A DNA stretch of 64,000 nucleotides, taken from the IMG/VR virus record IMGVR_UViG_3300005573_000052; one strand, written 5' to 3'. A program made the translations under genes and the position numbers. Positions 55,541 through 64,000 of the stretch are shown in pieces. Within the stretch, counting starts at the first letter, position 1, and each line of letters begins with the position of its first letter. The stretch comes from a virus. Below the pieces are notes generated by a model, which was not told the origin of the DNA, made no database searches, and was given only the letters and a program-made list of their open reading frames with translations.

Positions 55541-55866
55541 GCCCGGAGGCACAATGGATAGCTATCGCGGAGGTGTGCGGGTGGACAGAAGTGACTCCAT
55601 CCAAGATTTGGCCCGGACGAATCATCGGTTCCGGACCACGCGGAGGGATTCGGTCCGACATCCCCGACTACCTCACCGACCTGAACGCTATGCATGCGGC
55701 AGTGGATGCTGTGCTCATCGAGGCAGGACGTAAGGGCGACTGGCGCGGGTGGGATAGCTACGTTGTTAACCTGACAGAAATGGTTGGCGGTGAAGGAGCC
55801 ATCGAGGCTACCGCCTCCCAACGCGCCGAAGCGTTCCTGCGCACATTGGGCAAATGGGTAGACTGA
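55537..55866 (+). CDS. Hypothetical phage protein (NinX/ABA-sandwich-like)
   Basis: IAEVCGW..PDYLTDLNAMHAA pattern; ATGA coupling. Confidence 0.55.
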   Translation: MSPEAQWIAIAEVCGWTEVTPSKIWPGRIIGSGPRGGIRSDIPDYLTDLNAMHAAVDAVLIEAGRKGDWRGWDSYVVNLTEMVGGEGAIEATASQRAEAFLRTLGKWVD

Positions 55867-55879
55867 CCAACCCACCCCC

Positions 55880-56092
55880 ATGACCAAACTCCCCATCCCC
55901 ACATTCACTCTTGGCTCCACCGTCTACCTGCGCATCGACCCTGAGTCGCGCGGGATGGTTGTGGGTTATGTCGTTAGGCCCGAGAATACGCTGACCTATC
56001 TTGTGCGCTGGGCGGAGGATGGGGTGGAAGAAGTGGAGCACTGGGGGCTGGAGCTGACGGCGGAGAAGGATTACTTGGCGGGTGGAGAGTAG
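55880..56092 (+). CDS. Small hypothetical protein
   Basis: SH3-like beta pattern FTLGSTVYL..G.V. Confidence 0.6.
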   Translation: MTKLPIPTFTLGSTVYLRIDPESRGMVVGYVVRPENTLTYLVRWAEDGVEEVEHWGLELTAEKDYLAGGE

Positions 56093-56232
56093 GTCGGGTT
56101 CTCAGTTACGCAAAACAGGCGTAACAAAAAAGCCCCGCCGAAGCAGCCCGGTGATCAAGTCGGTCTGCCCCAGCGGGGCGATGATTTCTGCGCTATGCTG
56201 TAGGGGGACTGGGCTACCGGCAAATGAGCCGG

Positions 56233-56370
56233 TTACTTGGAATCCCAATCCGCGTTAAGCTCGCGTCGGGGGCGGTAATCGAGGTGGCAAAGAGCCGCCA
56301 AACCAAAAACCACGCCGTAGGCGAGCAAAACGGGCATCATCTGGAGGGCGGCTAGATAAGTAGTCGTCAC
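56233..56370 (-). CDS. 45-aa single-TM peptide (not in the ORF track)
   Basis: AGAAAGGA RBS and GTG start; MTTTYLAALQMMPVLLAYGVVFGLAALCHLDYRPRRELNADWDSK. Confidence 0.5.
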   Translation of the reverse strand: MTTTYLAALQMMPVLLAYGVVFGLAALCHLDYRPRRELNADWDSK

Positions 56371-56527
56371 GGATGGTGTCCTTTCTGGTATGTGTGCCCG
56401 CGTCCCGAGGGATGGCGGGCGGGTTTACTGACTGATGCTAACAAAGAACGGCTGGGTTGACTGACTGGCAGACGACCCGGCAGGGTGAGACACACCCCGG
56501 TAGACGGTCCGATGGCCCTGAACCTAA

Positions 56528-57007
56528 CTAGGAGACAGTAATCCGTTTGGGCGCGGGAGTCAAGGCCTTTTTGATCACAATGGTCAGGAGACCATTCTTC
56601 AGCTTGGCGGTCGCGCTATCCGGTTGGATGTCAGAGGGTAGGGCGATGGAACGGGTGATGAGGTTGGAGCCAAGTTGTCCATTTGCGCGCTTGGAAACCC
56701 CTTCGCCGGTTGCCCGCTTGGCCGTGACGGTGAGATGGTTGTCTTGTGTCAGCTCGACCTCGATTTCCTCGCGCGCGAACCCGGGCAGTGCGACGATGAA
56801 CTCATAACCCGAATCGTCCTCGGTGGCTGAGAAGCGCGAATCGGTCAAGGCGGCGGCGGACGGCCCCAACAATGACTCGAATAGGGAGTCAAAGGGGTCG
56901 GTAAACTGGTCCAGTCCACGCCAAAGCGTGCGACGTGAAACGGGACTGAACAGGTTGTTGAGGGCGACGAACTGGGGAGCGGATTGATGGGGGATGAGAG
57001 TAAGCAT
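56528..57007 (-). CDS. Small heat-shock protein (Hsp20)
   Basis: ALPGFAREEIEVEL, ITRSIALP, AKLKNGLLTI alpha-crystallin motifs. Confidence 0.9.
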   Translation of the reverse strand: MLTLIPHQSAPQFVALNNLFSPVSRRTLWRGLDQFTDPFDSLFESLLGPSAAALTDSRFSATEDDSGYEFIVALPGFAREEIEVELTQDNHLTVTAKRATGEGVSKRANGQLGSNLITRSIALPSDIQPDSATAKLKNGLLTIVIKKALTPAPKRITVS

Positions 57008-57226
57008 GGTTGAGATTATTGGGTTGGATTTGGGTGGGTTATGGTTTGATTGATGTGATGGCCGAGCGAAAAAAACGATGCGCTCAGCGCCCGACCTAGT
57101 AGCCATTAGCGTGCCGGATAGGGAAATTGATGTAACTAAGTCATAACGAGTTAGTTAGGCTAAAACAGGTGTTGGCAAACAGTGTCAGCGTGACACAGTG
57201 GCGGCGCACATTGGGCAATTTTGTGC

Positions 57227-57256
57227 TTGACAGTCACGGGATAACTATGCTAGGGT
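57227..57256 (+). promoter_or_regulatory. sigma70 promoter TTGACA-N18-TAGGGT
   Basis: Upstream of the metallophosphoesterase. Confidence 0.55.
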
Positions 57257-57280
57257 AAGCGGCATAGCAATACTGTCCCG

Positions 57281-57988
57281 ATGCCTTCCTCCCCCAAACC
57301 AATCACTCTCGCCCTCATATCCGATACCCATGGCTATCATCGCGCCATGCCAGATATCCCACCTTCAGATATCCTCGTTCATGCAGGCGATAGCACCGGG
57401 CATGGGACCCTCCATGAATTGCGCGAGTTCTTGACTTGGCTGGAGGCGCAACCTGCTGCTGCCAAGGTGCTTATTGCGGGGAATCACTGCTGGGAGTTTG
57501 AGAGGAACGAGGCCGAAGCCCGCGCACTGGTAAAAGAATTAGCCCCAAGCGTCTATTACCTGCAAGATAGTGGGGTGACCCTGATGGGCTTGCGCTTTTG
57601 GGGTAGCCCTTACACTCCTCGTTTCCTTGACTGGGCGTTCAACTGTGACCGGGGCTCCGCCATCCGCGCTCATTGGGACAAGATACCGACAGGCGAGGTG
57701 GATGTGTTGGTCACTCATGGTCCGCCTTCAGGTGCAGGTGATTTGGACTACGTGCCGCGCGACCGGATTAATGTAGGAGACCGAGACCTCTATGATGCGA
57801 TTCGTCGAGTCAGACCGGTCATCTCCGTTCACGGTCATCTTCACCATGGATATGGGTTGGCGGATATCCTCCACGAGGATGGGACTTTGACGACCTGCTA
57901 TAACGCGGCAATTTGCACAGAGGATTATCAACCCGTTAATGAACCGTGGGTTGTTGAGGCGGTTCCTTGGCGGGCGACGCAAAAGTAG
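57281..57988 (+). CDS. Calcineurin-like metallophosphoesterase (MPPED/239FB-like)
   Basis: SDTHG, HAGD, GNH, THGPP, HGHLH. Confidence 0.9.
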   Translation: MPSSPKPITLALISDTHGYHRAMPDIPPSDILVHAGDSTGHGTLHELREFLTWLEAQPAAAKVLIAGNHCWEFERNEAEARALVKELAPSVYYLQDSGVTLMGLRFWGSPYTPRFLDWAFNCDRGSAIRAHWDKIPTGEVDVLVTHGPPSGAGDLDYVPRDRINVGDRDLYDAIRRVRPVISVHGHLHHGYGLADILHEDGTLTTCYNAAICTEDYQPVNEPWVVEAVPWRATQK

Positions 57989-58001
57989 GAGCAACCTAAC
58001 C

Positions 58002-58445
58002 ATGTCCTTCGCCCTGTTTAACCCCCTGAACTACCTCCGCCGGGTCTCCCGCCGGTCTTTCGTGCGTGCCGGATTGCCAGCGTTTGGAGGAAAGGGATGG
58101 AGAAATGGCCCGGTGGATGAGATTACCTCGATGAGTAAAAGGGAGCTGAACCACGCCATAGATATGGCATTGGGGGTGGAGAGACTCAACGCCACAATGG
58201 TCAAACCGTTTGGGTGGGTGGGACCCGGGGTGACGATAGCACGAAAGGGTAGGATAGGGATAGATAGCGCATCCAAATCGCGCGAATCGGGGGTGGCAAG
58301 AGGTGGCGCGCCGCGCCTTAGGGCGCAGGTGGCATGGAAAAGGCGGGTGGAACAGGGCTGGAGTAAGGAGTGTCCGCCTGCGGTTTGCGCGGATGGAGGG
58401 TTGAGGGGTGGGGCGGCTAAGGGTGGGCGAAGAGGGCGGTTGTGA
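58002..58445 (+). CDS. Hypothetical protein
   Basis: AGGAG RBS; low-complexity C-terminus. Confidence 0.35.
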   Translation: MSFALFNPLNYLRRVSRRSFVRAGLPAFGGKGWRNGPVDEITSMSKRELNHAIDMALGVERLNATMVKPFGWVGPGVTIARKGRIGIDSASKSRESGVARGGAPRLRAQVAWKRRVEQGWSKECPPAVCADGGLRGGAAKGGRRGRL

Positions 58446-58672
58446 CCATGGGGTTAAATAGTGAAAAAGATGGCGGCGCGGGCAATATTAATGATCAACT
58501 CGGCGCGTTGCCAGTTTGGCGCGAAAAGGAATGTGTCGATTGCGGGCGGACGCCCCAAGACTCACGACTGAATATCGAGGGAGTGATACATCACGGGATG
58601 GAATTGAGATGTGTTGAGAGGAAGAGTTGTGAAAGGTTGAAACGGAGAGAGAAAGGGAAATTGGGAAAATGA
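58442..58672 (+). CDS. Hypothetical Cys-containing protein
   Basis: CVDC...C...C motif. Confidence 0.4.
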   Translation: MTMGLNSEKDGGAGNINDQLGALPVWREKECVDCGRTPQDSRLNIEGVIHHGMELRCVERKSCERLKRREKGKLGK

Positions 58673-58904
58673 GGCCCGGAAATTTTTGGAGGTCGAGTTT
58701 ACCCCCACCCGGGGGTCTACACGACCACAGGTGATGAGTATGTCTAAGGGGGGGGAGAGCCAAGGAGGGGTAGAAAGGACTAGGGGAAGATGAGGACTAG
58801 AGCCAAGGCAAAATCAGGCTTGAGCGGCGGAGTGGGAGCCCCCGCGCGGACCGACTGGGGGGTTCCCCCTAGTCAATTTTTGAGTAATTCCCCCCATTTC
58901 CCAG

Positions 58905-58977
58905 TTAGGGTAAAACCCCTAGGCATATCTTGCTATAAGCGGAAACACCCTAGGGAGATTAGGGTAAACACCCTAGG
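58905..58977. repeat. Quasi-palindromic direct repeats TTAGGGTAAA(AC/CA)CCCTAGG
   Basis: Copies at 58905-58923 and 58959-58977, partial copy at 58943-58954. Confidence 0.8.
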
Positions 58978-59296
58978 CAGTAGTTTTGCTTCACTTGCGC
59001 AGCAATGGCCATTGCGTGCCATTAGAGCCAATTTGATTTTTGGCTGGGCTAGGGTATAGGCAAACCAGATTTGCCCGGAAACGGCCTTTGCGTGAGATTT
59101 GCGGGCATTTGAATACTCAGGGGAAACCCTGAGATCGAGTCCCAATAGCTAGCTAGATGAGAATGGGTCGCAATAGGGGGATGGGGGTAGATAGACACAA
59201 AAAAACCCGCTTGCGGGTTAGGCAAGCGGGCAAGATGTGTTGCGCTATGGGTTAGGACAGGCGGGAAGAAAATCCGCCAACGATAACGGCGGCGGT

Positions 59297-59653
59297 TCAA
59301 CGGTAAAATCGGGCATTTGGCAGCCGGTCGCGGACTCTGGCTTTCGCTTCTGCCCGATCCTTAGCTCGCACAAAGATTTCCGCCCGAGTATCCCCGCAAT
59401 CGATAGCCCGATAAATATCATCGGACGAGGGAGAGCGGCCCCAATATGCGCCGCCTTGATCATAATCGCCCTCAACCCAGCGCAGCCGCACGAGGCGCAG
59501 TTTGCGAGGGCTCTGTCGATTGGCTGCATCTGGCATAGTATCAATCCGCCCCGCCGCGCCAGTGCAGACAAAGCGCCCGGTTTCGGCGCAGGTGAATCCA
59601 TTTAGGCCGGAGCGCAACGGAGGAAGGGTGGGGGCAAGTGCTTTTTTTTTCAT
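59297..59653 (-). CDS. Hypothetical phage protein
   Basis: LRLVRLRWVEGDYDQGGAYWG, a protein-like core. Confidence 0.6.
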   Translation of the reverse strand: MKKKALAPTLPPLRSGLNGFTCAETGRFVCTGAAGRIDTMPDAANRQSPRKLRLVRLRWVEGDYDQGGAYWGRSPSSDDIYRAIDCGDTRAEIFVRAKDRAEAKARVRDRLPNARFYR

Positions 59654-59773
59654 CGGGCAGCACACTAGGCGAAAGATTGGGCGATAGTCAAGAAAAAAGA
59701 TAGAGGAATTGGCCAAATTGAGGTATTTACCCTAGACCCTGTCAAGCCTCGATTCGCGCCGTTGTGGTAAGAA

Positions 59774-60241
59774 TTAGGCCACAACTGCCAATCCGCGCGT
59801 ATAAACTGAATCAATTGAATCGGTTCCAAGCTGCTCCCGCGTAATGAGATACAGCGCGCAACCCCGGGGGTCCGGCTGATGATAAAAGCGGATGAATCCG
59901 GGCGAATCGTTCATCGCGACGCCGGACTTAATCCAATTGCGCGTGTTGCGGTCAGATACGATCTTGGCAACCCGTTTCAACGCTCCCTTTTCCCGGTCGG
60001 GGATGGCGCGGCGGCGCATTTTGCCGGTGTGCGGGTAGGTGACCATGAAGGGTTTGCCGGTCGCTTCATCCCGCTCAATTGCCCATGAGGCAAAATTGTT
60101 GCCGTCGCCGCATTCCTGTTCGCCCCAACGGTGGAGCGCCATTTCGGCACGGCGCAAGGCGATGGATTCGGCCTCAGTGAAGCCGAGGGCGGCAAGTTGG
60201 CTGTAAAGCCGGGCGATGGATTGTGCGCGTTTGATGGTCAT
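59774..60241 (-). CDS. Hypothetical phage protein
   Basis: AGAAAGGA RBS; GC3 bias. Confidence 0.7.
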   Translation of the reverse strand: MTIKRAQSIARLYSQLAALGFTEAESIALRRAEMALHRWGEQECGDGNNFASWAIERDEATGKPFMVTYPHTGKMRRRAIPDREKGALKRVAKIVSDRNTRNWIKSGVAMNDSPGFIRFYHQPDPRGCALYLITREQLGTDSIDSVYTRGLAVVA

Positions 60242-60555
60242 GGTCGGTTTCCTTTCTTTAGGTTTGTTTCTGGCGGGTTGGTTGACTGGTTGGGCTAAGG
60301 GCGGGAGTGCCCTAGAACATCGCCCACAGTGCGCGAACGTAGGGCGAAAGTAAAGGAGAAAAATGGGGCAGGCCTAACCCAGTAGACCGACTACTGAGCC
60401 GTATCCGTCCTCAGAAACAGCGCTAATGATGACGGCTAGAACAAAAAGAACGAACAGGAATAGGAGCATGGCGGACAGGCGGATGGGCTAAGGGTTAGAG
60501 GGTGGAGGTTACCCCGGGGCGGATGTCTCGCGCGCCCGGGGCTAGGTGAATTGGA

Positions 60556-61125
60556 TTAGGCCGCGACCGGGGCCGGATAAGTGAGGAGCAGGGGGAGCGC
60601 CGCCACATCGGCCTCGAATCGGGCTTCACTCTCGCCCAATAGCGTCGCCTCGATCACCCAAGCCGCGCCCGCCGGGATGGCCGGGACGAATTCCTCGACG
60701 GGGGCCGGGACGAAATCAGGGGGAAGCAATTCGTCATCGGGCGCGAGGTTGACCACGGGGGCGGCGGCCTTGACGAACTGATTCCCCGCCAGCTTGTTAC
60801 GGTGATAAGTCTTGGCCAATTCGCGGCGCTCGGCGGGGGTGAGGATGAAATGGCTGTCACTTTCCCCCCTGAGCCCGAAACCGCCGGACGCGGGCTCAAA
60901 ACGGAGCGAGGTGAATTCAGGTTTGGCCGGGGCGAATTCGTCGCCCGTGGCGGTCGAATCGTCCATGCCGTCAGCAACCTCGGATTTGACGGATTGGGCG
61001 ACCCCGCGAACCTCGGCGCGAGACGGGGCAATCAGGCCGGAGGTTAGGGCGACGCCGAAAAGGGCGGCATAACGACTGCGCAGAAGGGCGAGACGGGAAG
61101 ATTTGGTTTGAGTAGTGGTATTCAT
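60556..61125 (-). CDS. Hypothetical protein
   Basis: GC3-biased ORF; Ala/Pro-rich. Confidence 0.55.
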   Translation of the reverse strand: MNTTTQTKSSRLALLRSRYAALFGVALTSGLIAPSRAEVRGVAQSVKSEVADGMDDSTATGDEFAPAKPEFTSLRFEPASGGFGLRGESDSHFILTPAERRELAKTYHRNKLAGNQFVKAAAPVVNLAPDDELLPPDFVPAPVEEFVPAIPAGAAWVIEATLLGESEARFEADVAALPLLLTYPAPVAA

Positions 61126-61844
61126 CGGGGGAGAGCTTAGCAAAACGGGCAGGAAGAAATCAATAGGGTAGATACCTCAATTTTGGACTGGGGTATTTAC
61201 CCTAGGTCGAAAAGGGGAGGAAAGAAGGAAACAGAATCAGCTCCCCTCGTTGTAAGCCGCCAATTCCTGCCGGACCACCTTGGCACAGTCGTCGTTGAGG
61301 TCTGCGTAGCTGATCCATTTGCCCAAATGGGCACCCTCGACCCCTTCACAGTGCTGACAAAAGCCCTGAGGGGAAAACGGGTCAGAATGGTATAAGACCG
61401 ATGATTGGGCGAAAGTGTCTCGGATTTTCTTGGAGACCCTCTCGGGCAAGGAGTTTTCTGATGCGGCTGCTTACCCAACATTTTGGGATGAGTTTGTTTT
61501 TTATCTGACACAATGGTTCACGGCTAACCCTAAGGATAATCAACTGGTAATTAAAAGGTTAGACTTGGTTGCCTCGTTAGACAAGAGGCCAATAGGTCGA
61601 AGGACAAAGATTGCTCAGCGAATCTGTGGTTTGCTGGATAAGAATCCGGCATTGGGGTTCCACCAAAACGATGTCTTTACCTTTAACCGGGCTATCATTG
61701 AGCAAAGCTTCCAACAGCATCTTAGCCAAACAGATAGAGGCTATTATGAGAGACTGGCTACCAGTGCGGGCTAGCTTGCGTTAAAATGGCTAGATTAAAC
61801 CAAAAGCAGTTAGATTCAGCCTAAAACGGTTAAATCGGGTGAAA

Positions 61845-62096
61845 TTACTCGCCAACCAATCGCCCCGCCAGCGTCCGGCGCTGGCCGGTCAATGGCATGG
61901 CGGCAAAGCTAACCCGGTAATAGGAGTCTTGAAAATAACCCACGACACACTTGAAACCTAGCCTCTTATCGGTCACGGTCAACCTCCTATTTCCCCACCT
62001 CTGCCAGCCAGCACGGGTGCGTTTGGCACCATTGCTAACTGGTTGGTTGAGAGAGTTTAACGCGATAGCGTTAGGTGATTCAATGAAGTTGGGCAT
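61845..62096 (-). CDS. Hypothetical protein
   Basis: Downstream of sigma70 promoter 62104-62133. Confidence 0.45.
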   Translation of the reverse strand: MPNFIESPNAIALNSLNQPVSNGAKRTRAGWQRWGNRRLTVTDKRLGFKCVVGYFQDSYYRVSFAAMPLTGQRRTLAGRLVGE

Positions 62097-62103
62097 GGGA
62101 GAG

Positions 62104-62133
62104 ACAGTAGCACAGAGGCTAGGGCTATGTCAA
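62104..62133 (-). promoter_or_regulatory. sigma70 promoter TTGACA-N18-TACTGT
   Basis: Directly upstream of 62096. Confidence 0.6.
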
Positions 62134-62395
62134 GGGGATTCTTTCCCCCATAGGGGAGAGACATAGAAGGGAGACTAGGAGAGGGGCGAGAATCGCCCAA
62201 ATTCCCCCGCCAATTCTTCCCATTTTATACATGGGTGGGGATAGAAATAGACTAGCTTGACCGGCGCGATTTTGGAGTAGCAAAATATACATGGGCGACC
62301 AGTTAACCATCGTCACCCGGCTCTATCTGGTGACGTTAGTCAACCGGTTAATCACCGCCAAATTTCCGCGCTTTTTGGCGTTGGTTAGTCGCAAC

Positions 62396-62620
62396 CTATT
62401 GCGCCGAATCAGGCGAAGCCGGAACAAATTCCCATCCGTCCCGTTGCTCTTCTTCGATCAGCTTTGCCCACTCCCGACAGGTCAAAGGGCCATAGGTTCG
62501 CACCTTTTCTCCCTTCCGCATCGTGGCGAAGTATTTGGGCTTAAGTGCATCTGCTGCAATGCCATACATAAACTCAGTGAAGGGTTCCCGGGCTTGCCCG
62601 GGTTTAGAAGAGTTATCCAT
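62396..62620 (-). CDS. Hypothetical protein
   Basis: Downstream of sigma70 promoter 62630-62659. Confidence 0.5.
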   Translation of the reverse strand: MDNSSKPGQAREPFTEFMYGIAADALKPKYFATMRKGEKVRTYGPLTCREWAKLIEEEQRDGWEFVPASPDSAQ

Positions 62621-62629
62621 AGGGGAGAA

Positions 62630-62659
62630 AGACTAGCACTAGAACCGGGCTAGTGTCAA
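62630..62659 (-). promoter_or_regulatory. sigma70 promoter TTGACA-N18-TAGTCT
   Basis: Directly upstream of 62620. Confidence 0.6.
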
Positions 62660-63334
62660 GGGTAAAACTGACAGAGGGGAGAAAGGAGGGTTTTGCATAG
62701 ATTCCCCCACCCCACCCAAACCAAAACCAAGAGGCTTTTCAGAGGAGAAACCGGGGAACTGTATGAGGGGGTGTAGGACAGTTTTGCATAGATTCTCGCA
62801 TGGATATGGCGGAATGAGGTTCCCTGCTGTTGAGGGGTCAACAGCCTCCCCCCTTCCCCTCCCCGTTCCGTTACACCCTGCTCCCTCCCTGTCTTGTCCC
62901 CCTATGTGTTCCCCCTATACCCTTCGACTATCATGCTATGGTCTGACAGAAGTGGTTTACCTATGAAAACCGGGGTCCGAGAGGGGTGGTGTCAAAGAAC
63001 GGGGGAAGTAGGTTGAATTACAACTCAGAAGCCCCAAAATAGGGCGAATTAATGAAGTCGAAACGAGTTGGCCCACGACGTGAAGACTTTCTCGGCCGCT
63101 TTGTGATCATAAGTCGCATCAAAAAGCCAGACAAGTAAATGAGCCATTGTAGCAGTATTCGGCTTTGCCGCCGACTGGATGGCGTGATACATTCTCGCCG
63201 CCGGACAGTCAGGATGCAGATGGCGGGCATCAGTGCGCCGCACGATGCAATGTGGGGATTCGATGGTCGTAACTAGCAGATTGGCCGGGGTGGAGTCAAG
63301 CTCTAAAAATCGGTCTGTTGCGCCGGGATTGCGA

Positions 63335-63547
63335 TCAAATGTCGCCCGTTTTGGCCAAGATGGCGTCGCGCACATCCCACCACGCTTTCCCGCCTATGCT
63401 TTTGCATTCCACTCCACTAAACTCATGGCACTCCACGGCAACCAAGAGTTCGCGCAGTCTTTGGTTCTCAATTTCCAGCGCGGCGCACTCGTCGCGCAAG
63501 TATTTGTGACCGTTATCGGCGGCTCGATTGGTTCTGGGTGTATTCAT
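63335..63547 (-). CDS. Hypothetical protein
   Basis: Short ORF with coiled-coil segment. Confidence 0.45.
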   Translation of the reverse strand: MNTPRTNRAADNGHKYLRDECAALEIENQRLRELLVAVECHEFSGVECKSIGGKAWWDVRDAILAKTGDI

Positions 63548-63610
63548 GAAGGAAAAGATTAATCTGATTGCAGAGCCAAGATAGCACAGGACTTGGGCTC
63601 AGGTCAAGCC

Positions 63611-63853
63611 TTAATCCCGCTGATAAACCGTAAACCGGACATTGTGCCCGGTTGTCTCGCCCGGAGCCGAGCGATAGCCAATAAAGGCGTTATATTCGGC
63701 CAAACTGCCGTCAGACGCCCAAGACTCAAGGTTGCAAAGGCGCACATAACCCTTGCGCCCGAATGCAGCGCGGGCCTTGCGGGCGGCGAATTGGGTGGCA
63801 GCTTCGATCATGGACTCGGCGCGGATTGGACGATGGGATTCGCAAGTGAACAT
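63611..63853 (-). CDS. Hypothetical phage protein
   Basis: FAARKARAAFGRKGYV; downstream of a TTGACA at 63911-63916. Confidence 0.55.
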   Translation of the reverse strand: MFTCESHRPIRAESMIEAATQFAARKARAAFGRKGYVRLCNLESWASDGSLAEYNAFIGYRSAPGETTGHNVRFTVYQRD

Positions 63854-64000
63854 GGGATTGGGGGTTGGAATGGTTGAGTGGTGACTAAGGTGGCAGAACA
63901 GGCTAGGGCGTGTCAAGCCCGATTAATGCTGTGTTATCCAACCTCCGCCGCCCGGAATGTAAGCCGCGACGGTAACGATGATGCTTTTGCGATTGGAACA

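Larger units (their letters stand above)
59716..61182. repeat. 19-bp inverted repeat pair (59716-59734 and 61164-61182, 1 mismatch)
   Basis: AATTGAGGTATTTACCCTA versus reverse complement AATTGAGGTATCTACCCTA. Confidence 0.75.

Noticed and set aside
58905-58977. Mini CRISPR array
   Set aside because: Only two full 19-bp copies with a partial copy inside the spacer; no cas genes; repeats too short
61237-61774. Overlapping divergent ORFs 61237-61449 (-) and 61415-61774 (+)
   Set aside because: Mutually overlapping 5' ends and no motifs; cannot decide which, if either, is real
1-64000. tRNA or rRNA genes
   Set aside because: No T-loop (GTTCRAATC) cloverleaf or rRNA-like stretch seen by eye; tRNAscan would be decisive

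Overview
A 64-kb slice of a large, GC-rich tailed-phage genome; no host genes are evident. On the + strand, two glycosyltransferases and small accessory ORFs (1-6.7 kb) precede a long non-contractile tail module: neck genes, two tail-tube paralogs, chaperones, a 1954-aa tape measure and a lambda-like M-L-K-I-J tip (6.8-30.1 kb). This converges with a minus-strand module: phage sigma factor, ERCC4 nuclease, intein-containing terminase, portal, protease/scaffold, decoration protein, major capsid and a third tail-tube paralog (30.1-50.1 kb). After that come a few virion genes, PhoH, Hsp20, a metallophosphoesterase and an early-type region with host sigma70 promoters. Five observations stand out. 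(1) An Acb1-like 2H phosphoesterase domain is embedded in the prohead protease-scaffold polyprotein, which also has nested internal promoters and starts. (2) A TnpA-less, catalytically intact TnpB has a recognisable omegaRNA, is wired into the phage late-promoter system, and has a predicted guide covering the tail-tube RBS. (3) A GGTGTAT(A/C) late-promoter motif occurs about 19 times, together with a candidate cognate ECF-like phage sigma factor. (4) There are three tail-tube paralogs. (5) The load of homing endonucleases is heavy. All calls come from motif recognition and synteny by eye; no database searches were run.
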